DNA of 64,000 nt from Microcoleus sp. GTDB lineage: Bacteria > Cyanobacteriota > Cyanobacteriia > Cyanobacteriales > Microcoleaceae. Each line of letters begins with the position of its first letter. Position 1 is the first letter of the stretch. Made by a program: the position numbers and the translations under genes. Below the pieces are notes generated by a model. That model made no database searches, had not been told where the DNA came from, and worked only from the letters and a program-made list of their open reading frames with translations. Positions 45,606 to 53,860 of this stretch are shown in pieces. The stretch lies in the NCBI GenBank assembly GCA_052279835.1, contig CP181291.1, positions 5,440,001 to 5,504,000 on the forward strand, read 5' to 3'.

Positions 45606-46466
45606 CTATTTTTCATAACGAACTAGAAGATGCCAGAGAAAAATATCCGGGTCGTCATGAGCTATCATCTCTTTAAACATGGAAACAAAAGGCTCATAGT
45701 CCAAAATCTGCATCTCCAAACAAAGTTGTTTTAATCCCGCTTCTTTAAAGATGCGATTTAACCGCAAGGGAGTGTAATAAATTTGGGGATCTTGCCACTC
45801 AGCATCCCAAACTTTATTGCCGTAGACATCGATAAATCCCTCTGTAACACAGTGAGCGTGTTTGCGACTGAAATAGGCAATTTCTAAGAAGCATAAGGTG
45901 GTTGGGAAATATCCGTATATCTTGCCACCTGGCTTGAGAACTTTTCCAAATTCCCGAATCATCTCGCGGTTGGTTTTATCCTCACCGGAAACCACGGAAT
46001 TTGCGAGGAGGACGCAATCAAATTGCTCGTTCCAATCCGGTTTTTGTTCGGTGATTCGCGTGGAGTCTACTTGCTCAAACACGATTTGCTGATTGTTGAG
46101 TCGGGAATCTCCATCTGCTGTTTTCCAGTGTGCTTGTGCTTTTTCAATGGCTGTTTTGGAAAAATCGGTACAGTAGATTTGTCCAATTTGGGGGCAAAAT
46201 TCTAGTAAAGTTTTCTGAAGATAAATTTCCGAGCCGCAACCGGGAATTAGGACTTTGATGTCAGGCGAGTTGGGAATATCATAGCCGGGAGAACGCTCTG
46301 GACGGATTAAGTTTTTGCAGATTTTGGGGTCTTGGGTGATGCTGAAAGCGTTGTTGGTATAATCTTCGTGGTGTTTATCCCATAAAGCTTTCTCTTCTTG
46401 AAGAGATTTCGAGCCAAGGCCATGAGAAGAGGGGATTACCCATTTGTAATCATTTGTATCGGTCAT
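45606..46466 (-). CDS. Class I SAM-dependent methyltransferase
   Basis: VLIPGCGS, TDFS, FDCVL, VLKPGG; GGAG RBS before MTDTND. Confidence 0.85.
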   Translation of the reverse strand: MTDTNDYKWVIPSSHGLGSKSLQEEKALWDKHHEDYTNNAFSITQDPKICKNLIRPERSPGYDIPNSPDIKVLIPGCGSEIYLQKTLLEFCPQIGQIYCTDFSKTAIEKAQAHWKTADGDSRLNNQQIVFEQVDSTRITEQKPDWNEQFDCVLLANSVVSGEDKTNREMIREFGKVLKPGGKIYGYFPTTLCFLEIAYFSRKHAHCVTEGFIDVYGNKVWDAEWQDPQIYYTPLRLNRIFKEAGLKQLCLEMQILDYEPFVSMFKEMIAHDDPDIFLWHLLVRYEK

Positions 46467-46512
46467 AATTTTCAACTCCAAAATGTTCAGTACAAGTTAA
46501 ATCTGTGTGTCA

Positions 46513-46677
46513 TACCAATTTAATGTGAAGTTGCATATATCTCGATCCCCCTAAATCCCCACCCCCCCCTAGCCCCCCCCAAGGGGGGAAGGGGGACTTT
46601 GAGCGGAATCTTGTCCCCCCCTTATTAAGGGGGGCTAGGGGGGATCGAGATATATGCAACTTCATAAAAAATTGGTG
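46513..46677. mobile_element. MITE with long imperfect TIRs and a TCA target duplication
   Basis: TACCAATTTAATGTGAAGTTGCATATATCTCGATCC ... GGATCGAGATATATGCAACTTCATAAAAAATTGGTG; second copy at 63172-63315. Confidence 0.88.
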
Positions 46678-48345
46678 TCAATCACTCACCACCAAGCTGC
46701 CGTTTTCCATCACGTAAGTGACATCCGCACGCAACGCATTAGCCATTTTGTGGGTGATGAAAATCACGGTGCGTTCTTTGGTAATGCGCTCGATGGTGGT
46801 GAGGATTTTGGCTTCCGTCGCGGGGTCGAGGGCGGATGTGGCTTCATCCAGAATCAGAATTGCTGGATTTCTCACCAACGCTCTCGCCAGGGCGATTCTT
46901 TGCCGTTGTCCCCCTGATAACTGTCCGCCCCTGTCACCAACGGGTGTGTCGTAGCCTTGGGGTAAGGACAAAATAAATTCGTGAATCTCGGCGGCTTTGG
47001 CTGCGGCTTCGACTTGTTTGTCAGTGGCTTGCAGATAGCCCATGCGGATGTTTTCTCGCACCGAGCAATTAAAGAGAATTACATCCTGAGAAACCAGTCC
47101 GATTTGAGAACGGAGGGAGCGTATTGTTGCATGACGTAAATCAACTCCATCAAACAGAATGCGTCCTTTATCCGGGTCATAAAATCGCGTCAGCAAGTTG
47201 ACAATTGTACTTTTGCCTGCTCCACTTTGACCGACAAAGACGGCAAAGTCTCCTTGGCGAATTTTCAGGAATAGATTTTTAACTCCTCCTCTATCTTGGG
47301 AGTAGCTAAAGGTAACATTGTCAAAGTAAATTTCACTGAAAAAGTGAGGTAAATCAATCGCGCCTGGTGCATCCTGAATCGCCGGAGTTTGTGATAAAAT
47401 ATCGCTAATGCGTTGCAGCCCTGCTACTCCATCAATAAATGCAGGTATTGACGAAGTGAAGCCGAGGATATTGAGATTCAAACCTACCAGTAAAACTTGA
47501 AAGGAGGTAAGAGTTCCTACAGAAATTATATTCCTGTAGGTCATCACTGCACCGATACTTAAAACCACCAACTGCGTCATGACAAAACCAATCATGGGAG
47601 CTTTCTGCACTAAGTAGGAGAGAAACGTTGCGCGGACATAAACCTGTTTTAAGTCATTCAAATCGGTGGAAAAATCTTCAGTCATTTGGTTTTCCAGCCC
47701 GAATATCTTGACAACGGTTTGCGAGAGGATATTTTCTTCGACGACGCTGGCAATCTGTCCTTCTTTTTGCAGCAACTTATAGCCGACTTCGGTGGCAAGG
47801 CTGGCAATTTTTGCTGGAACAATGGTACAGATAGTTAAACCGATCAAACTGACCAGGGCTAATTGCCAGTTGAGGAGGAAGAGGAAAACCAGAGAAAATA
47901 GGAAGTTAGACAGTTCTAAAACAACAACTGTCAGCCCCATTGTAATTACACCATTTTCCACCTTTTGGACATCGGCGATGAGACAATTGACAATATCCCC
48001 GGCTGAACGCCGTCCAAAGAACTCCATTGAAAGGCTTTGGAGGTGCTCGAATAGAGAGTATCGGATATTGTTGGTGATTAAAATGCCCAAACGCGCTCCT
48101 AGGAAAATTCCTAGCAAACCGATGCAGGCATATAGAATTGCTCCGACAACTAGCAATGACAGGATTAGAACCAGAAGACGGTAATTTTGGGGAACGATGG
48201 CGGCATCGATGATAAATTTTAAGCTGGCTCGGAAGACTGAATCAAAGGCTGCGTCGAATATCAGGCAGGTAAAGAGTAAAATGAATTGCCATTTGTAGGA
48301 GGCAATGTATTTGTTGAGGGTTTTAAAGAACCAAATCAGTTCCAT
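46678..48345 (-). CDS. ABC exporter (fused permease and ATPase)
   Basis: N-terminal TM domain; GQSGAGKS, LSGGQRQR, ILDEATSALD. Confidence 0.95.
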   Translation of the reverse strand: MELIWFFKTLNKYIASYKWQFILLFTCLIFDAAFDSVFRASLKFIIDAAIVPQNYRLLVLILSLLVVGAILYACIGLLGIFLGARLGILITNNIRYSLFEHLQSLSMEFFGRRSAGDIVNCLIADVQKVENGVITMGLTVVVLELSNFLFSLVFLFLLNWQLALVSLIGLTICTIVPAKIASLATEVGYKLLQKEGQIASVVEENILSQTVVKIFGLENQMTEDFSTDLNDLKQVYVRATFLSYLVQKAPMIGFVMTQLVVLSIGAVMTYRNIISVGTLTSFQVLLVGLNLNILGFTSSIPAFIDGVAGLQRISDILSQTPAIQDAPGAIDLPHFFSEIYFDNVTFSYSQDRGGVKNLFLKIRQGDFAVFVGQSGAGKSTIVNLLTRFYDPDKGRILFDGVDLRHATIRSLRSQIGLVSQDVILFNCSVRENIRMGYLQATDKQVEAAAKAAEIHEFILSLPQGYDTPVGDRGGQLSGGQRQRIALARALVRNPAILILDEATSALDPATEAKILTTIERITKERTVIFITHKMANALRADVTYVMENGSLVVSD

Positions 48346-48590
48346 GAGTTATGGGAGTTTGTCTACAGGCATGATTTATACTTTGACTTTTGTAGTTCTG
48401 ATCTGGATAGCTCCTTACTAAGTGGGGTGGGCAGTACCCACCCTACAGTGATTGAAAATCACATTTACTCAGTGGAATTTAATAATTAAATGCTGAATAA
48501 ATAGTGAATTCAGATAAAAAAAACGACTATACCCAATGCTCGAACTCCTTTTACTTGTTGTTTTTGATTGAGGTTTTATCCTCGTCTATA

Positions 48591-49157
48591 TCATGCTCTC
48601 TTCCAGGAATTGTCCCATGAAGTATTAAATTTTGATAATAAATAGGATTCAACAAAACTAGGTGCTGCCGATCGATTGGCGGCTGTTGTGAAACCATAAG
48701 CTTCTTCTAGAGAAGGGATATCTTTAGCATAACGGTCTAAGTATTTACCTTGATAGCAGGCAAAGAGAAACAAACGTTTGGGTTGAATAACACTAGAAAA
48801 TAATTCCAGCAACTGTGTTATGTCAAATAAGTCGCCTTGATTTTTTTGGCTATCAAAAGTAGCAAAAATTGAAAATTCGGATGAACTTAATTTGCTATAA
48901 CCATGACCAAATAGCCATACATCACCATTATATTGAGGTGTCTTCGTTACCAGACAGCTTTTCTGATCTTTCAAAACAATACTGCCCTTATCTTGATTTA
49001 TGGAGAGTTTATTGAATTCCGGAATGTTTTGAATGGAATTTTTCAAGGAAGGGAAATAAGACTCCCCTTTCACTTCAATCAGAAGGCAGTTATTAGAGTT
49101 TTGACTTAGCACGATAATCTCCTTGGTTGTTGTCTTATAGTAGTGATCGCCTTTCAT
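48591..49157 (-). CDS. Hypothetical protein, possible clan CD (caspase-fold) cysteine protease
   Basis: VWLFGHG ... LFLFACYQG ... AYGF; GGAG upstream. Confidence 0.5.
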   Translation of the reverse strand: MKGDHYYKTTTKEIIVLSQNSNNCLLIEVKGESYFPSLKNSIQNIPEFNKLSINQDKGSIVLKDQKSCLVTKTPQYNGDVWLFGHGYSKLSSSEFSIFATFDSQKNQGDLFDITQLLELFSSVIQPKRLFLFACYQGKYLDRYAKDIPSLEEAYGFTTAANRSAAPSFVESYLLSKFNTSWDNSWKRA

Positions 49158-49292
49158 TCACTGGAGTGCAAGAACATGGTGCAGCTATCCTTGAACTTAT
49201 TGCGCTTTGCAAATATGTGAAAGCTGGTTCAAGGAGCGATCGCGCAGCCTCTGATCGAAAGTGCGATCGCCCTCTCTCTCCTCAAAAAGATG

Positions 49293-49946
49293 TCAAGCCT
49301 TAGTAACAGAGTAAACCAGCGTGTAAATACACCCCTCCGAGTCGTTCTTCATCACATAGGTATTAATTTTTGGTTTCATAAGCTTCCGACGCACCTCATC
49401 CTCTTGTTTTTCGTAGTCGGGTGCGTCATCAGGAATTTTAGCCAATGCTTCCTTTAAAGCTAATCGTTGTTTAGCCTTTGCTTCAGGCGTATCTTCCTGG
49501 AGAGCAAGTTCTTCTGAGACAACTAACTCTCCAAGAAAGTCATCACTACTTATCGCATCCCACTCCCAAAGAGTGAGCTTAATTTCGTTGTCGAAATTAA
49601 AAATTATATCTGTTTTTATCTCCTGTTCTTTGGAGATATCGACATATTTCTCGTCTGTGGGAAATACTTTTTCATCCCCGCGCTTAATGTACAACTGATC
49701 GGCAAACTTTTGTCCAATAGAAGTAAGAACGCCCGTCAAACCTTCCGCTTGTTTTAAGACGTTTTGCACACCTAGCAAAGCTTCGCCGACTGTAAAAAAT
49801 CCCCCGACAACTTGACCGCCTGGTAAGAGTTTGGCTACAGATGATGCTTGCTCTACATAACCGCCAATTTGTTGTAACAAACCGCTATCAACTCCAGAAC
49901 TTGGAATTTCGCACCGAACAGTGTGAAGTGTAAATGTTGCAGTCAT
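49293..49946 (-). CDS. Hypothetical protein with a C2-like beta-sandwich and a Gly-rich helical insert
   Basis: GGGAGAG RBS before MTATF; DQLYI ... LTLWEWDAISSDDFLG ... YTLVYSV. Confidence 0.6.
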   Translation of the reverse strand: MTATFTLHTVRCEIPSSGVDSGLLQQIGGYVEQASSVAKLLPGGQVVGGFFTVGEALLGVQNVLKQAEGLTGVLTSIGQKFADQLYIKRGDEKVFPTDEKYVDISKEQEIKTDIIFNFDNEIKLTLWEWDAISSDDFLGELVVSEELALQEDTPEAKAKQRLALKEALAKIPDDAPDYEKQEDEVRRKLMKPKINTYVMKNDSEGCIYTLVYSVTKA

Positions 49947-50004
49947 AGGTGGTTGCTCTCCCTGTAAAGTAAAACGATGTAGAAAGGACAACCAATGTCT
50001 CTGT

Positions 50005-50080
50005 TCTACACCTATAAGACGATTCCAGAGGTCAATTTCTGAATTTTTCGAGTTAGAGGCGTTTTTTTCTAACTTGATGC
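50005..50080 (-). promoter_or_regulatory. Repeated promoter-like element, copy A (putative ECF-sigma promoter)
   Basis: Minus strand CTAACTCGAAAAATTCAGAAATTGACCTCTGGAATCGTCTTATAGGTGTA, ~60 bp upstream of the 49946 start. Confidence 0.7.
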
Positions 50081-50267
50081 TACGAAACAATCAGGAGAAG
50101 CAGCAAAGGGGGCGATCGGACTTCCCTCAAATGAAAAAGAGGGGCAATTGCCCCCCTGATTTTCTAACCATCATCCTGAAAAGCGATCGCCTATGATTCT
50201 CAAAGTCTACCAAGCGCGATCGCTCTCCTGTGTCTCCAGCTAAACCAAAAAGCAATCAGACTAGACT

Positions 50268-50534
50268 CTAGGTGAATGACACGTTTCCATTGTTTCCAGT
50301 GAAGTGTACCGTCGCTGGCTGGGGAGGAGCCGCCAGAATAAAAGTCGCATTATAGGAGTCATCGTGCTGAAAACCACCTTGTCTATTGTGGTAGCTCACG
50401 CCTCTCAAAGTAACGCTGGTGATCGTGGTGGGGACGTTATTGACCGCTTGTCCATTACCTAGGTTCGCTAACTGAGCTCCGACATCCCAGAGTTCAAGTA
50501 GACCACCTGTATTGTTTGTGATTGTATGAATCAT
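50268..50534 (-). CDS. Small beta-rich hypothetical protein (88 aa)
   Basis: Strong RBS AAGGAGAGAAAAAATA-ATG; Asn/Thr/Gly-rich. Confidence 0.7.
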   Translation of the reverse strand: MIHTITNNTGGLLELWDVGAQLANLGNGQAVNNVPTTITSVTLRGVSYHNRQGGFQHDDSYNATFILAAPPQPATVHFTGNNGNVSFT

Positions 50535-50599
50535 TATTTTTTCTCTCCTTTTAACTTTGAAAATAAGGCGATTATCGTTTTCGGGTGGTTTGCCTCTCT

Positions 50600-50674
50600 T
50601 ACACCCTTAAGACGATTCCCAAAGCCAATTTCTGAATTTTTTGAGTTAGCCGCAGTTTTTACCTAACTCAATCC
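50600..50674 (-). promoter_or_regulatory. Repeated promoter-like element, copy B
   Basis: Minus strand CTAACTCAAAAAATTCAGAAATTGGCTTTGGGAATCGTCTTAAGGGTGTA. Confidence 0.7.
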
Positions 50675-50757
50675 ACCCCATAAAACCAACCTTAAACACG
50701 AGAACTATAATTTCCACCCATTGCACCAGATTTTGTCATTGAATTAAGGTCAGCTAC

Positions 50758-50807
50758 AAAAAATGTAGGGTAGGCGCTGACGGCAGCACCTACCCTACAT
50801 TTTTTTT
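50758..50807. terminator. Strong hairpin with A/T tails downstream of the micro-ORF (REP-like, possibly bidirectional terminator)
   Basis: AAAAAATGTAGGGTAGG...CCTACCCTACATTTTTT. Confidence 0.65.
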
Positions 50808-50846
50808 CAATTACTGATGAATTTTCGCTCAGAATTGATTTTTATT

Positions 50847-50873
50847 TTAGAAACGACCATACCCAAAACGCAT
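50847..50873 (-). CDS. Putative micro-ORF MRFGYGRF (8 aa)
   Basis: AAGGAG-AAAAATA-ATG CGT TTT GGG TAT GGT CGT TTC TAA, between promoter copy C and a hairpin. Confidence 0.5.
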   Translation of the reverse strand: MRFGYGRF

Positions 50874-50937
50874 TATTTTTCTCCTTCTTTAGATAAATTT
50901 GCTGTGCTTTCTGTCGAGACGAAATTGTATTTTTGTC

Positions 50938-51014
50938 TCTACACCTATAAGACGAATCCAGAGGTCAATTTCTGAATTTTTCGAGTTAGAGGCTGTTTTT
51001 TCCTAACTAAATGC
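50938..51014 (-). promoter_or_regulatory. Repeated promoter-like element, copy C
   Basis: Minus strand CTAACTCGAAAAATTCAGAAATTGACCTCTGGATTCGTCTTATAGGTGTA, just after the TPR gene stop. Confidence 0.7.
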
Positions 51015-51059
51015 ACTCTCAGAGGTTCAGAGCCCCGACTTCCCTAAGAAGTCAAGGAT

Positions 51060-52862
51060 CTACGCTTTAGCCCGATCGCCCTTTCGCCTCTTACCTTTCA
51101 GCCGTTTCACAGCCTCCTCAACCTCCCCGCGAAAAGGGTAGAGCAACCGCCGACTCAGCGCACTTCGATACGCCTCCACAGCCTCCGTCACATCCCCCAA
51201 CCCCAACAACGCTCTTCCTTGCCAGTAACCAGCCATCGCTGGGTCAAACTCCATCAATTCCTGGGACTGACAAGCCTTTTCCAACCATTTCCGACTCGCC
51301 ACCTCATCCCCCAGCCCTCGATAACTCTCCCCCAGCCACACCGCAGCAGACACAGATTGCAGATAACCCCCATCTTCTGGTAACAACTCCCATCCTTGCG
51401 CCAAAGCCTCCACCGCTTCCCGGTGTTTAAGAGCCAGCGCCAACACCCGCCCGTGACAAAACCAAGCATCAGGTAACTGCGGTTCAAGTTGCGTCCCCTT
51501 CGCAGAAACACTACACCCCCGATCGATCTCCTGAAAACTTTCCACCAACACCCGCCCCGCCGTCGTCCAAACACTCCAGCGATCGGGAAAACGATCGAGC
51601 ATCTCTTCTACTATTGATGTAAGGGTTACTTGAGGGTTAGATCGCCCTAAATCCCCCAGGGCTGTTTCATTCTCCGTAGGGGCCGTGCCCCCGTGCCGGC
51701 CCTCTTGGTCTGACCTGCCGATCGAATCGTCTGGGTCGGGGGTAGGCACGGGGGCACTACCCCTACCAAATTCACGTTTTTGGTGAGAATGAAACAGCCC
51801 TGGGGGCTGGGGGGGATCTAGAGAGGCTGGGGGAGAGGCCACAGGCAAAATCTCACACAACGCCCGATAAATTTCACAATCCAGGGGATACAGACGATAA
51901 GCCTTCAGCATCGCCTCAGCCGCCCTCTGATATTCCCCCGTGTGGAACAAGTAACGCCCATAGGAATACCAACCCCTAGGATGATTCGGGTGTTCCTCGG
52001 TAAAACCTTCCAACACCGCAACCCCCTTAGCCGACTCCCCCCGGAAAAGGTGATAATATGCCAGCAACTCATGGCCGTCCCCCGCATCAGGAGCCAGTTT
52101 CAGCACAGAATCGATCGTCTTTTTAGTCTGTTTGCCTTCCTCACCAGATACCAATCTCATCCGGCAACGAGTATCCGCCAGTCGTTTGAGTACCCCAAAA
52201 TCACCCGGAACCACCTCTAGCGCTTTGCTCAACCGCCACTGCGCTTCCCGCACATCCCCCACCGCCACCAGAGCGTCATAGCTGCCAATCAGCGCTACAA
52301 CATCATCTGGCTGAAGGGACAAAACGGCATCAAAGGCTCGCAAAGCTGCAACCGCATCCCCTCTCCCCGCCTGCACCTGGGCCAACGCCAGCCAGTGAGC
52401 TGCATTATTTGGTTCTAGAGAAGCCGCCGACTCAAAAGCCAGTATCGCTGTCTGATTGTCACCTCTACAAAGTGCGATCGCTCCGCTGATATGCTGTCGA
52501 GTCGCCTCATTGCGTGCATTGGCCAAGGCACTTTCATAAACCGCTACTGCCTCAACCTCTTGTCCCATAAGCTGCAAGAGTTTGGCCAATTGCAACTGCA
52601 CGCCGATCGATGGTGGTTGCTGCCGATCGATTACTTGGCGATATTCCTCAACCGCCTGCTCGATCTGACCCATTTCAGACAGCAAATTCGCCAATTCCAA
52701 ACGTTTCTTCCACCCAGAGGGAAACTGCTGCACGTACTCACTTAATGTTTTCAGCTTCTGCTCTTGTCGGGTTGGCTTGGAGTCTGCAACCAAGTAAGCA
52801 TTCAACTCCACCCCAGAGGACTGAATGAGCGATACCACCCGGAGTGTAGTGTTTCTAGACAT
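51060..52862 (-). CDS. Tetratricopeptide repeat protein
   Basis: Multiple TPR helix pairs (e.g. AVEEYRQVI, AWFCHGRVL); overlaps the sigma gene by 61 nt. Confidence 0.9.
   Translation of the reverse strand: MSRNTTLRVVSLIQSSGVELNAYLVADSKPTRQEQKLKTLSEYVQQFPSGWKKRLELANLLSEMGQIEQAVEEYRQVIDRQQPPSIGVQLQLAKLLQLMGQEVEAVAVYESALANARNEATRQHISGAIALCRGDNQTAILAFESAASLEPNNAAHWLALAQVQAGRGDAVAALRAFDAVLSLQPDDVVALIGSYDALVAVGDVREAQWRLSKALEVVPGDFGVLKRLADTRCRMRLVSGEEGKQTKKTIDSVLKLAPDAGDGHELLAYYHLFRGESAKGVAVLEGFTEEHPNHPRGWYSYGRYLFHTGEYQRAAEAMLKAYRLYPLDCEIYRALCEILPVASPPASLDPPQPPGLFHSHQKREFGRGSAPVPTPDPDDSIGRSDQEGRHGGTAPTENETALGDLGRSNPQVTLTSIVEEMLDRFPDRWSVWTTAGRVLVESFQEIDRGCSVSAKGTQLEPQLPDAWFCHGRVLALALKHREAVEALAQGWELLPEDGGYLQSVSAAVWLGESYRGLGDEVASRKWLEKACQSQELMEFDPAMAGYWQGRALLGLGDVTEAVEAYRSALSRRLLYPFRGEVEEAVKRLKGKRRKGDRAKA
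51657..51802. mobile_element. MITE of the same TIR family as 11640-11813, inside the TPR coding sequence
   Basis: CAGGGCTGTTTCATTCTC ... GAGAATGAAACAGCCCTG, perfect 18-bp TIRs. Confidence 0.9.
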
Positions 52863-53665
52863 ATTGCTGTTACTTGATAATTAATTGTCTCGCCAATGTT
52901 CTGAGGGATGGGGGCGATCGCGGGTGGGGCGATCGTTTCATCGGATTGTAGGGGCAATCCCCCCGCCCCAGAATCTTGACGGGGTAGGCACTGGGGCACT
53001 ACCCCTACAGCAAAATCATCGCTGCTCAAGGCAACGTCCCCCTTTTTAGACGACTCGGAGGAATCTAACAGAGCATCATCCAACCCTGACAAATACCCGC
53101 TCAAACGCTTTTGCAGAATTTCTCGTGCCTGTTGGATGCGCTTGTAAACGTTATTGAGCGAGAGAGCAAGTAGTTGGGCAATATCTTGATAGGCAATTTG
53201 GTGGCAGTAACGCAGGATAAACGGATTGCGTAATCGAGAAGGAAGAGAATCAATAGCGCGACGAATGTATTTCCCCAACTCATGATGCAGAAGTGTCTCT
53301 TCAGGAGAGTCCAAACCAGAAATAACTGCTGAATTTCCTGTAGCAGCTACTGCTTCAATATCCTCCATCTGCATTGCTTTCCGGCGACGTTCTCGGTGTA
53401 TATCTATACATAGATTATGGGTTAAGCGAATCAGCCAAGCTCGGAGGTTGGTGATTTTTTCGGCATAGTGTGGTAATTTATCCCAAGCTTTGAGCAGGGC
53501 GCGACTGAGCACTTCTTCAGCATCAGTAGGATTCCCCCCCATCCACCTGAGACAGCAACGGTAAAGATAATCTCGGTTCTGCTGCCATAGCTGCCAAAAT
53601 GCTTTCTCTATATCTTCAGGACAACCCCAAATGTCTTGTGCAATAACGGATTGAGAATTTGACAT
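52802..53665 (-). CDS. ECF-type sigma-70 factor with a C-terminal extension
   Basis: DAEEVLS...KAW, AWLIRLTHNLCIDIHR (region 2); AIDSLP...YQDIAQLL...VYKRIQQAR (region 4). Confidence 0.92.
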   Translation of the reverse strand: MSNSQSVIAQDIWGCPEDIEKAFWQLWQQNRDYLYRCCLRWMGGNPTDAEEVLSRALLKAWDKLPHYAEKITNLRAWLIRLTHNLCIDIHRERRRKAMQMEDIEAVAATGNSAVISGLDSPEETLLHHELGKYIRRAIDSLPSRLRNPFILRYCHQIAYQDIAQLLALSLNNVYKRIQQAREILQKRLSGYLSGLDDALLDSSESSKKGDVALSSDDFAVGVVPQCLPRQDSGAGGLPLQSDETIAPPAIAPIPQNIGETINYQVTAICLETLHSGWYRSFSPLGWS

Positions 53666-53860
53666 GACTTAAAAAATGGTGAAAGATAAATGTGAAGGAA
53701 CATTCCTCTGTTCCTTTTTTCGTTGCACCCTCAATCCTGCAAACATCTAGCTCACTGTGGTCTCAGTATTTATGCGGATAAAGATTGGATTCAGTTGCTC
53801 TTTTTTTGAGGCTGTATCTTTTCCGTGTCTCTATCATGGCTTCCCTACCCCGTCCCTGTC

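Noticed and set aside
50807..50860. Alternative small ORF MVVSKIKINSERKFISN overlapping the micro-ORF
   Set aside because: Its ATG is about 20 nt from the AAGGAG, whereas the MRFGYGRF ATG is 7 nt away; not fully excluded.
50005..51014. Three repeats read as a CRISPR array or integron attC sites
   Set aside because: They are too long and far apart for CRISPR. No clear attC R-box structure or integrase was seen, and the constant distance to start codons fits promoters better.
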